Shown here in pieces: positions 51,101 through 63,100 of a stretch of 64,000 nt of DNA (its first letter is position 1; each line of letters opens with the position of its first letter). The stretch lies in assembly GCF_963676685.1 (NCBI RefSeq), contig NC_092346.1, positions 106,268,001-106,332,000 on the forward strand. The letters are read 5' to 3'. The notes under the pieces are model-generated. The model was not told where the DNA came from, ran no database searches, and saw only the letters and a program-made list of their open reading frames with translations. The position numbers and the translations under genes were made by a program. This DNA is from Mytilus edulis (lineage: Eukaryota).

Positions 51101-54100
51101 CAGAAAAACATCTTATTAGAGAAAGGAGACAAACAATTACCACAAAGTTATAGCACTTATTTATTCAAACTTACAGCTTATTAAGAACAAATACCATTTT
51201 TACAACATCTTGACCTCTCTGTATGCAATCCACTTCCGCATAGTCACACAATATTTCAAATTGAACAAAAAAGTTCAATGTTTTAAATACTTCAATGGCT
51301 ATTTTTTTTCAATGAAACGCATGTTCATTTATCCTTTAAAAAATCATTCCTGTTATTCAAGTCTTCAAAAATGAACTGCTAATGAATTCACCTACAGCAT
51401 TTTCGTAAGCTGTTATCTTAGCCATGACATCTCCCATTAGAAACTCTATAATTACATATCTAGTGTCCTCTAACCTTCCAGTGTCAGTCTTACCCACTTA
51501 CCTTTCAGTATCTTCTTCTTCTGGTTCATCTTGAATGGACCAATCTTCTTCCTCTTCTAGATCTACCATCAATGCTAGAACTTGTGGTACTGTAATATAG
51601 TATTATAGTAAGTTGTGGGGATAAACAAAACACAATTCTCAATAGCTTACATTTGACACAATACTACAGTGAATAGAACAAGACTCCCACATAGATGTGC
51701 ATACAGAGGTTATACTTTAATAAAATTTATATTTCATATTGAAGATAAATTTTTTAACTTCTGATGACTGGTATATGAACTTTAAAACTTTAAATGTCCA
51801 CATTACCACCAGAACTTTCCTAGCAGAAGCAAAAAACATACATTTGAAAAAATCTTAAGTCTTTCACTGCATACATTAAAACAAAAACAACAAAATTTGT
51901 AATAACACTTGGTTGATATTCTTCACAAAAACTTTAATGTTTATTTTAAAGTGGGCCAAATTATATGGCTATTTCTACCTACCAGAAAGCACTATTGTAT
52001 TTATGTGTCATATTTGTTGAATCTAGACATATATTTTTTTTACAACTGCCAGATTTTGTTTTAAGTTTAAAATTAAGTGCTTTTTTGTTTGTTTGTAAAG
52101 AAAAATTAAGTGCTTTTTTGTTTGTTTGTAAAGAAAAAAGTATAATTACAATGATGGGCACAATTCCAATTGACAATCTATAAATTAAGTTCTTTTTTTC
52201 TAATGTCCTGATTTTGGACCATCATTTACCTAGCAGAGGCATGTACTTCCCAAACTTTCTAACCATGGCAGGAGCTGTTTCAGATAACGTTACAATAGCC
52301 TCCATTCCTAACTGTCTCATACTGTCAGACAAATTGGCATCAGAAATAACCTGTGTAAAATTATCAATATACTGATTTAAAATTATAATTTCTCTAAAAT
52401 AATCTAATTAAACTGTCCCAGATTAGTGGTATGGCTGTGCACCAACTGTCATGTTTAATCCAGCCATATTCTGTCTCGAGACTGTTACTTAGTGTCCGGT
52501 TACTTAGTGTCAGTGGTTATAGTTTTGAGACGGTTACTTAGTGTCAGTGGTTATAGTTTTGAGACGGTTACTTAGTGTCAGTGGTTATAGTTTTGAGACG
52601 GTTACTTAGTGTCAGTGGTTATAGTTTTGAGACGGTTACTTAGTGTCAGTGGTTATAGTTTTGAGACGGTTACTTAGTGTCAGTAGTTATAGTTTTGAGA
52701 CGGTTACTTAGTGTCAGTGGTTATAGTTTTGAGACGGTTACTTAGTGTCAGTGGTTATAGTTTTGAGACGGTTACTTAGTGTCAGTGGTTATAGTTTTGA
52801 GACGGTTACTTAGTGTCAGTGGTTATAGTTTTGAGACGGTTACTTAGTGTCAGTGGTTATAGTTTAGAGACTGTTACTTAGTGTCAGTGGTTATAGTTTT
52901 GAGACGGTTACTTAGTGTCAGTGGTTATAGTTTTGAGACAGTTACTTAGTGTCAGTGGTTATAGTTTTGAGACGGTTACTTAGTGTCAGTGGTTATAGTT
53001 TTGAGACAGTTACTTAGTGTCAGTGGTTATAGTTTTGAGACGGTTACTTAGTGTCAGTGGTTATAGTTTTGAGACGGTTACTTAGTGTCAGTGGTTATAG
53101 TTTTGAGACGGTTACTTAGTGTCAGTGGTTATAGTTTTGAGACTGTTACTTAGTGTCAGTGGTTATAGTTTTTTGCACACAGTATATATCATATTTGTTT
53201 TTAGTTAATTGTTTTGAACATAAATTAGGCCATCAGTGTTTTTGTTTGAAGTATGTTACATTTGCAATTTGAAGCCTTTATAGCTTGCTGCTGGTTTAGA
53301 GTTTTGCTCATTTTTGAAAGCTGCACAGTTTTTACATCTTTGTCATTTGGTATCTTGACAATCCTACAAAAATCTGTTTATTTCTATATAGATATTAATT
53401 TGAACATGTTAGTTGGATATTCTACTAATATCAGTCTAGTACATGTACCTCCTAATATTCAGATACAGTAAAATACATGACTAAATGTCTTAAAGTATAG
53501 ACAATAACATCTAGGAAGGCATGATTTCATATCAGCTGGTTAAGAACTTTTGTGCATCATATTTTAATGTTTTTCTTCCTTTGGTGTTGATTGTAGAGAG
53601 TTTCTAATACATCTATAAATAATACTTCTTGCTTGTTCTATTGTACCCTGTTTTTGTTCATGACCATATTGACTAGAGAGGTCTTCAGTTTTTGATTTGT
53701 GTAATAAGTTGCTGTCTAATTGACATAAATGCAGTCTTCAAAACAACAGTATAGGTCATTGTTTGTATTTTAGTAATTCATGAAAATTAAAGGTCACTAT
53801 TAAGATATATTTAATTACCTTCAGACAAAATGGTATAATATTATCCATTTGAGGTCTGAGGAATTTTGGAACATTCTCTGCCAATTCTATCAAACATTTC
53901 ATCAAACTGTCATCATCAGCTGCCAAACTTTCATTCATACCCTGAAATTATCATTAATTCATGGAAATGTTGACCCTTGTACAAACACCATTACAATTGT
54001 CTCAGTTGTGAAGGGGATCACTGCAGGGCAATTGGATTTTTGATATCTGATCCACAACTTCAAATGAAAGTCTGTTTCTAGGTTTTGTTAAGTCCTGCAC

Positions 54101-57100
54101 ATCAAAAAAAAAATATTTTCTACCACAACACATAGCAGTCTCAGGATAAACATATTTTTTTGGGGAATAGATATCAATTAGTACATCGAACATGTCGAAG
54201 GGGATATGTCAAATGGAATTATGTGAGCTTAAATGTGAGGAGAAGTATGTTCAGATTTATAAAAGGGTAGCCAATATTTCAGTACTCAAATTGTACTCAA
54301 GTACTCAGCCTTCCGAGCAAGTACTTGAGTACTCCTTGCAATCCCTACTTTAAAGTGATGGAAAAGATGATTATTTGTATCGTTAGCTACAAGGAAGGCC
54401 ATGGTTATCAACTGACCTGTATCATTGGAGGCAATAGATCTTTAAAGTGATGTAACAAATGATTATTTTTATCATTGGCTACAAGGAAGGCTGTTGAGGC
54501 TTTGATGGCTTCAAACCAAACTTGTGGGTTATCCCTGTCAGCTAAACATCTTGTTAACATCTGTTTAATAACATCCATATAGTGGCTCTGCTGTTTACCA
54601 AATATTCCAGGAACATTTCTGTAATATATATATTACATTTAATGGAAATAAACATCTTCTATATAAATGTTCTCTATATAACTAAAAGCTTGCTACATTA
54701 CAATTTGTCATTTAAACATTTAACAGGGAAGGTAAATGTATGAAAATGAATTGCAACATGCTTGTTTGAAAATAGCAACCACCTTTTTTTTTAACTTTTG
54801 TTATATCAGTTGATCATATTTTAAAGTGGATTATAAATGATTTTATACACGTTTTTACTTTTGTGATATTTCAAAAAACTTCATACAAATAACAATTGCA
54901 GATATGTCAATGCCATCTTGTAAACTGTTTGAATTTGAAGCACTAATTCATCGACATAAATATTACAATTCATCTATTTATTGCGTATTTGAACTTCAGA
55001 ATATTTGTAATGAATCTGTTTTCCATACAAGATTCACCAACAGTCATTTGCATTAAAACAACTTCCTAATGTATTACTTCCTGTTGTTCTCAATCAAACA
55101 CACCCATGGAAACAATGAAGAATCAAACATCATTTGCTAAATCATTTATTCTGCAAAAATATTTGTATTATCCTGTTACCATCAACATGATCAACCAGCA
55201 CTGGAGTTAAATTGGCTCAGGATAAGAAATAACTTTTCAATGGACACATTTTACCAAGTTTCAAGTCAATGGATTTTTCCAGAGAGTCCCTGCATGTTAA
55301 GCACTAGACGAAAACTTTTCTCAAGTTTTAAGGGCAAAAAGGAGGTTGACTTCTATGCATGGCTGTAATAAACATATATTTAGACAGATTTTTGTTGTTG
55401 TTTTTCACTTACTTGAAAATATGAAGAGCACTTTCCCTTAAACCTGAATCTGGAGAACTTGCACTTTCAAACATAAACTTCAGGACTTCTGGCCAGTTCA
55501 TGTTTTCTTCATCATCTACAAGAGAGATAGAGAGATAAAATGATTAAATTACTAATGATTCCATTGTGTTTGTATTGCTCCCATTCATTTGATGCACAAG
55601 CCTGACTGATGATAGGACTAACAAATTAAATAAGTAGTATATTGTGTTTAATGATGAAAAATCACAACTGATGTGAACTTGTCATAAATAATTAGGGTAG
55701 AGAAACATGTCATGAATAATTGACGGAGAGAAATCTACATTTAACAGCAGTTGATGCCATAATGTATACATGTTTAAAGACTGATTTTTGAATTATAATC
55801 GACACTTTATTTTCCATTCTAGTTATAATGAAAGCATGATAGAAATTGAAGTAATTAATATGAGCTGCGTCAGATAGAAATTTATATTATGCACACATAT
55901 AGATGATAGATGATAGAGACTTTGATTGATATAATTTTTAGAATGGTAAAAATGACTCCACCAAAATTCATACTTGATCTGTGTTTTGTGGTAATAAGCA
56001 TTGTGTATGAGTTCCATAATATTTGGTTGAAGCAAACTAAAGTTAGAGAACGGAAACGAAAAATTAAGAATTTTTTCAATTTGTTAAGGGGCCAGGCATA
56101 ACTCTAGAACGGTTATAGTGGTCGACGCCACCAAAATTCAAACTTGATCTGTGTTTAATGGTAATAAGCATTGTGTATAAGTTTCATAGCATTTGGTTGA
56201 GGCAAACTAAAGTCAGAGAACCTAAACAAACAATGGGACATATATATAGACAGACAAGAGTAAAAAATAATGCCCTCTCCCCTATGGCGGGGGCATAAAA
56301 ATGCACAAACAAAGTTAACTTAACTAAGCCTGCCAGTTGCTCTTTAAATAGAACATGATTGAAAGGGACGAAAGATGATAAATGCATCATTCAATAATAT
56401 AACAAGAGGCTGTCACAACGACAGCAAACCGGATTTATTAACATTTATTTGTGTCCTGGCAATATCACAAGAACCATAACTGATGAATGCTGAAAGTGAA
56501 ATCGTCAATATCAAATTTGACCTCCATTTTGTAGTCAGTATCAACATATTAAAATTTGAAAAGCTTAGATTGAATGGTTCATTAGTAAATGCAACAACGT
56601 GAATGGAAACACCATTTTACGATCTTTCAAGAACCATAACTCCTGAACGGTGAAAGTCAAAATTGTCATTATTGAACTTGACCTCTATTTTGTCATCAGT
56701 AACAACATATAAAAATTTCAAAAGCTTTGGTTGAATGGTTTATGAGAAAATGCACGGATACGACTGGAAACACCATTTTTCAATCTTTCAAGAACCATAA
56801 CTCCTGAACGGTAAAAGTCAAAATCGTCATTATTGAACTTGACCTCCATTTTGTCATCAGTAACAATATCTTAAAATTTTAAAAGCTTTGGTTGAACAGT
56901 TCATGCGTAAATGCACGGACACGACTGGAAACTCCATTTTTCAAACTTTCAAGAACCATAACTCCTGAACCGTAAAAGTCAAAATCGTCATTATTGAACT
57001 TGACCTCCATTTTGTCATCGGTAACAACATATTAAAATTTGGGAAGCTTTGGAAGAACAGTTCATGCGTAAATGCACGGACTTGACTGGAAACTCCATTT

Positions 57101-60100
57101 TTCAATCTTTCAAGAACCATAACTCCTGAACGGTAAAAGTCAAAATCGCCATTATTGAACTTGACCTTCATTTAGTTGTCAGTAACAACATATTAAAATT
57201 TTAAAAGCTTTGGTTGAATGGTTCATGAGTTAATGCACGGACAACATTTGATTGCCGCCCGCCCAATCATATTTCTAGCCAATTCTGCTGTTGCATCACA
57301 CACCTTTCGTCTAACAGGGGGTTAAACTTACCGATCATATTTCTCTCCAATTTTGCTGTTGCATCACACACCTTTCGTCTGACAGGGGGAGATAACCTTT
57401 ACAGTAGAAACTTACCAATCATATTTCTCGCCAATTCTGCTGTTGCATCACACACCTTTCGTCTGACAGGGGGAGATAACCTTTACAGTAGAAACTTACC
57501 AATCATATTTCTCGCCAATTCTGCTGTTGCATCACACACCTTCCGTCTGACAGGGGGAGTTAACTCTTCTGTTATAGCAGACATTAATTTTTCTTTCACA
57601 GCTGCTTGAAGTTCTGGTGACAGTTTTGGCCATACTTCTTCAAATTCATTTGTAAATAATCTTCTTAATAAAACAGATGACAGTGTTCTTATCTGTAAAA
57701 GAAATTATAATTATATACTCAAACAAGAATGTGTCCACGGATGCCCCACTCGCACTATCATTTTCTATGTTCAGTGGATCGTGAAATTGGGGTCAAAATT
57801 ATAATTTGGAATTATAATTAGAAAGATCACATCATAGGGAACATGTGTACTAAGTTTCAAGTTGATGTAACTTTAACTTCATCAAAAACTACCTTGACCA
57901 AAAACTTTAACCTGGACTTCGCACTATCATTTTCTATGTTCAGTTGACCATGAAATTGGGGTCAAAACTATAATTTGGCATTAAAATTAGAAAGATCATA
58001 TCATGGGGAACATGTGTACTAAGTTTCAAGTTGATTGGACTTCAACTTCTTCAAAAACTACCTTGACCAAAAACTTTAACCTGCAGCCAACGGACGGACG
58101 GACGCACAGACGGACGCACAGACGAACAGAGGCACAGACCAGAAAACATAATGCCCCTCTACTATCGTAGGTGGGGCATAAAAAAGCAAAGTCAATTTTA
58201 TTTTTCTCACATGCTTGTTTATCATGCATGTCAGTCTGTCTATTAAGGAAAACCTTGTAAATATCTCTTATAAAATGAAAATTTATGTAAGGAGATGTTG
58301 TGTTAACATGTCAATTAGTTTCCTGAACTAACAATTTTGAACAACAGCACAACCCCTTATCACCAAAAGATATGTACTCGCCTCCATCGATATATTCCTA
58401 CATACTGGACTAACATTGGTAATTAGGTAGAGCCAGCTGGTAGCTTGTCTTATGTACTCACCTCTATAGATATGTTACTATTGGACATAGACTGGACTAA
58501 CATTGGTAATTTTGTAGGGCCCGGTATCTTTTCATATAATCCCTACAAAACAATAAAACAAATTTAAATATAAAGTGTTGTAAAATAATTAATCTACACT
58601 GTTGAACATTGAGGTGCTATATGTCTTGTTTCCGATTTTTTTCTTCTAGCAACTTGTATAGAAGTTTCTACAAATGAAATATCATAATGGACCTGTTATA
58701 TCAGACCCTATATCCAGGGTTCGACACTAACGCTAGCCCGCTAGCCAGAGACTAGTAACTTTAGTGTCGGGCAAGTAAATGTCCATGGCGCGGTAGCCCG
58801 AGGGGCTAGTAAATTTATTTGTCATTGAACATCAATCTGTTGTACTTTCGGCAAAGTACAGTCCAAACGCCGGTCATATCTGACAACTTCTTCGAATATT
58901 GTCTACACTGGTTCCACGACCTCTTTATTTACATACAGATACAGATACTGGAGGGTAAAATTTCTACCATAAACCAGTCGCTATATACAGTCAACTCGGC
59001 CTAAGATTACTCAGCCCATAAAGTAAGAATGCACCACGTTTCAAGATAACCCGTTTTGAAATAAACATTAATTATACTGCATATACATTTTGGTTTTATT
59101 ATATTTTATTATTAATCACATCAGAGATCCTGATAAATAGTGTGCGTAGTTTAGCCTTATCTATTACATAGTCGTCGCGTAAATAGTTTAATTTGGAAAT
59201 GTCCTTTTAGTAACGATAATCATCATGGATCTTTAGTTAAAAACAGGCTCTTGCAGAAAAAGGAAAAGCGATACTGAAGGTAAAGAAGGAATAATTCTAG
59301 TAAACTAGTTTTTTTGGGGGAACAGAGTCTGAGTATTGCATATAACTTCATGAGAACAATCCAAAAACGATAAGTAGACTGACAAATCAAGTACTGGTCT
59401 TCGGAAGGGGGCAGTCCTGTCTGCGTATTCATTTCTCCATTTCACAAACTTTTGACAAATCAAGTACTGGGCAACGCAAGGGGGCAGTCCTATCTGCGTA
59501 TTCATTTCATGAACTTTAATCTTTCTCTATACAGATAAATAAAATATAAATAATATGAAACATGAATGCATAGATTAGTTTTTATCCAGGCCTAAAATAA
59601 AATTTCATTTGTTTGGCATTGCCGCCCGACCCACTGAAAAACTTGCCGCCCAAATAATTTTATTTGCGTTTCAGAAATTTATTTTTTTTTATTTAAAAAA
59701 AAATCGAAATTGTGCCGGAATTTGATCGTATCCGCCGAGTTTGTTCCTGGCTTTACTTATTTCAAATCACGATCTTAAAAGCGCTTGCCTTACACAGTAT
59801 TGGGAGCAAACATTTAAATGACATGGCATAGAAAAAGTTTGCCAAAAGTAATGTCAAGGAGGCCGCAGGGGAAAGCATCAATGCATTGGTTAAGGGAGAT
59901 GGATTTTGTCAAAAATCAAATGTTCAGCTATTCTTTGAAAGAAACGTTCTGAGAGACCTTGTAGAGGACTCAAGTTTTATCTTTTGTAAAGGCTACAAGC
60001 AGAAATAGATGATTTCTGCTTGACTTTGTTGCTTCATGAGATAGAAGTTTTTCACCGGGACATCACAGAACAAATATGCGTGGCTCTTACATTTGTTGAA

Positions 60101-63100
60101 CTTATTAAATATTTGAAATGTATCATTGACAAATTTTCCCTTGAACCAGAGAACAAAGTATCTACTATAGCCAGAACCACAATGATGCATTCAAGATAAT
60201 TATGGCTGTAAGCACTAAAGCCCATAGACCAAAACGGTCCCAGATTTACAGGTTTATAGTAGTTTTGTACCAGTAGATGCTAGCCTGGTACAAAACATAC
60301 ATATTTTAAAGACTAGCATCTTGTGTCAATTGAAGTACTTCCCCCTTTTCTTGCCTTTCTTCTTAACATGAATAAAATAATTCTTAAAACATAAAAGATA
60401 CTGACAGAAACATATTTATAAATGTATCTAGTGTACTAGTGATGAATAAAATCCCTTCCTTTTCCACAATTCAAAGGGCTCATTAATTTATCTGTATTCA
60501 TGTAATGCATGTCCAGATTTCTGTTAATCAAACAAGCATTACAACCCATAATTTATTTATCTGCAAAAATTGTCTGTCCTGCTGCATATTTCCATTTTGA
60601 ATTTATCATAGGTTTTAAACCTATAGCCCTGAAAAACCTTGCACTAATGGATAAAATTAGTATAAACACCATGTCTATTTGTGCCAACCTTCCAAATTTT
60701 TAATATTTTGCTATCCTTATTTGGTACAGATCCTATATCCTCAAAACTTATCAGGGGCAGTATAGGCGTGTTTCTATGGTAGTTCGTCACACCTTTCATG
60801 TATGATTACTAGCCTCTAGGTATTGGTTTGAGCCCTAGTTAGGCAGTTGCAAAATTAAGGTTTGATTTTCATGTCATATGTTATAAGGTTAGTCAGTTTC
60901 TTCCCGCAGGTTGCCGCCGTTTTCCTTCAAGTACTACGGTTTAATAGTATGCCAACAAAACTGACTGCCATGAAATTACATACGGTGTAGAAAGTGATGT
61001 TTATAAAACCAAAGCAAACAATAAAAGTTTTAAATCTTTGTCCATTTGTACAAGGAGCCGTAGTGGTTGAGCCATTTAACTTATGGTAATTTTACCAAAC
61101 TGTGACCACAAGATGTGACATCAGGCCTCTGTTCAATTGGCAGTCCCACAATAAAAGTTCAATTTTCACGTCATACATTGTACATTTTATATGGTTAATT
61201 TGACAGTTTCCTGCCTCAGTTCTGTGTTTTTTTCTGGGTCCTTTGGTTAACTCTGCCAACAAAACTGACTGTCTTACATGAAATTATCCATATGATGTAG
61301 AATGTGACATTGACGATTGACCCCGTTCAAAGAAACCACCAGCATGTACACACAACAATGCTGCAATGCTTTAGACAACATTGGTCTAGAGACTTCATGA
61401 TTTACATGTATAAAGCTTTTAAATGTAAAAAAAAAAAAAAATCCCTACCTACCTACCCACCTGCTGATAGTGTGGGTCGGCAATGCCAAACAAACAATTT
61501 TTTAAGGGTGGCCCCATGTTTCTTTAACCTTAAAAATTGAAAGAATATCCCATATTCCAATTTGATATTATTGAGGAATGGTAGAACCTTTAACACAGGA
61601 TTTTGTCTTTACTTATTCGGGACTACGGAATTTTGTTTCTTTATATTCACGGTTTCGGAATCGGACACCCCCAACCCCCAACCCCTAAATTTATAGATTC
61701 TTGAACTAAAATACCACCAACTATTTCCAGAAATAATTTGAAATTACAGAACTACATGTAAACGTGAAAAAACGTCAATTCCCCTGTACCCATATCATAT
61801 ATATTTACTCTATAGATAGAATCATATACATGTATGTTATCTCATTCTATCCCTAGTTTGTCTACTCTTTGTCAGCATAAAAGCGAGTTTAATATTTTGT
61901 AGTATGATGGTGCTTTATACAGGAAAGCTTAATTCCCTTTTGCAAACAAAAGCTGCTACCGAATTGCTGATGGAGAAGGAATTGGAAGAAGACATTGATC
62001 ATTGTGTTGATGATAATGTGCTACCTTTAGAAACACAGACTGCCCTGAAACGACTAAAAACTTGGAAAAGAGCATGCATGAGTGGCGAGAGATTGTGTGG
62101 TCTTGCCATGCTCCATGTTCATCGCGATAAGGATATCAGCAGACCAAATTATGATTCTGAAACGATTTGACTGAACCGGCCATAGAAAAATTTGGCAAAC
62201 TCTACTGAATGGTTTGTTCTATGTTCTGGCAGCAGACTCAAATCAGTGATATTTGGATGATCATCTTACATAGAAATTTAAATAAAGTTGTTAAAAATTT
62301 GGTGTTAGTAAAAGTCTTAAAATATGAAAAATTTATATAAAAAGTGTCCAAATTCAAAACATTATCAAACTCTCTAAAAATGCCTAGAATGCAAGATTTT
62401 GCATCATTCATTTCATACCCTCCAAAAAAAAAATTCGCCTCGCTTCGCTTGGCTCAATTATTTTGCCTCACTAAAATAAGATTTAGTTACGGCCTTGTGT
62501 TCACCAGTTGTGTTTTCACATATATGTAGGCATGTTGTAGAATCCGGGTCCGTTCGCCCTGATTCATGTTCGCCCTGATACCTGTTCGCCCAGGGTCCAC
62601 TCGCCCTGATTTTAATTTTTTTCTAATTCTTGTCTAGCCGCATTATTTTAAGTATTTAAACAAAATATGTTAAAGTTGGTTTTTTTTTAAATTGACAGAC
62701 TATTTATATTGCCGCAATCAATTTATCATTTTCCCTTTGATTTGCAGAGTAGAATACTGGAATACAATGTATTTATCTTTATTGATATTTGTATTCAGTC
62801 AATCATGAATGTATGGCAGTATGACTAGTCTTAGACTAGAGTATAAATAAATGAACTTGTAAATTTTATCCGTTTCATAATTTAGAGTTGTACATCATTG
62901 TTTTTATTAATTTCAAGCTGAATATTTTATCAAAACAAAACGTTTGTTTTTATTATTAATCCACCAAAAGTAAAGTATCACAATAATTAGTCATTCGAAT
63001 TATTTTGTCATTGAACAATTAATTATCCTAAACAAGCCATAAACTTTTAAATATTTCAATATTTCAATAAATTTCAAGAATATACATGATATATACCATA

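Noticed and set aside
52478-53171. 34-bp array as junction-derived
   Set aside because: No similarity to flanking exons, and it lies about 130 nt from the acceptor; an ordinary intronic minisatellite
58598-58667. Candidate extra IPO5 exon after a tttgtag acceptor
   Set aside because: The phase-0 frame hits a stop, and exons 1 and 2 already join in frame to a full-length protein
61050-61300. tRNA gene
   Set aside because: Only a vague SINE-head-like remnant; no cloverleaf can be supported
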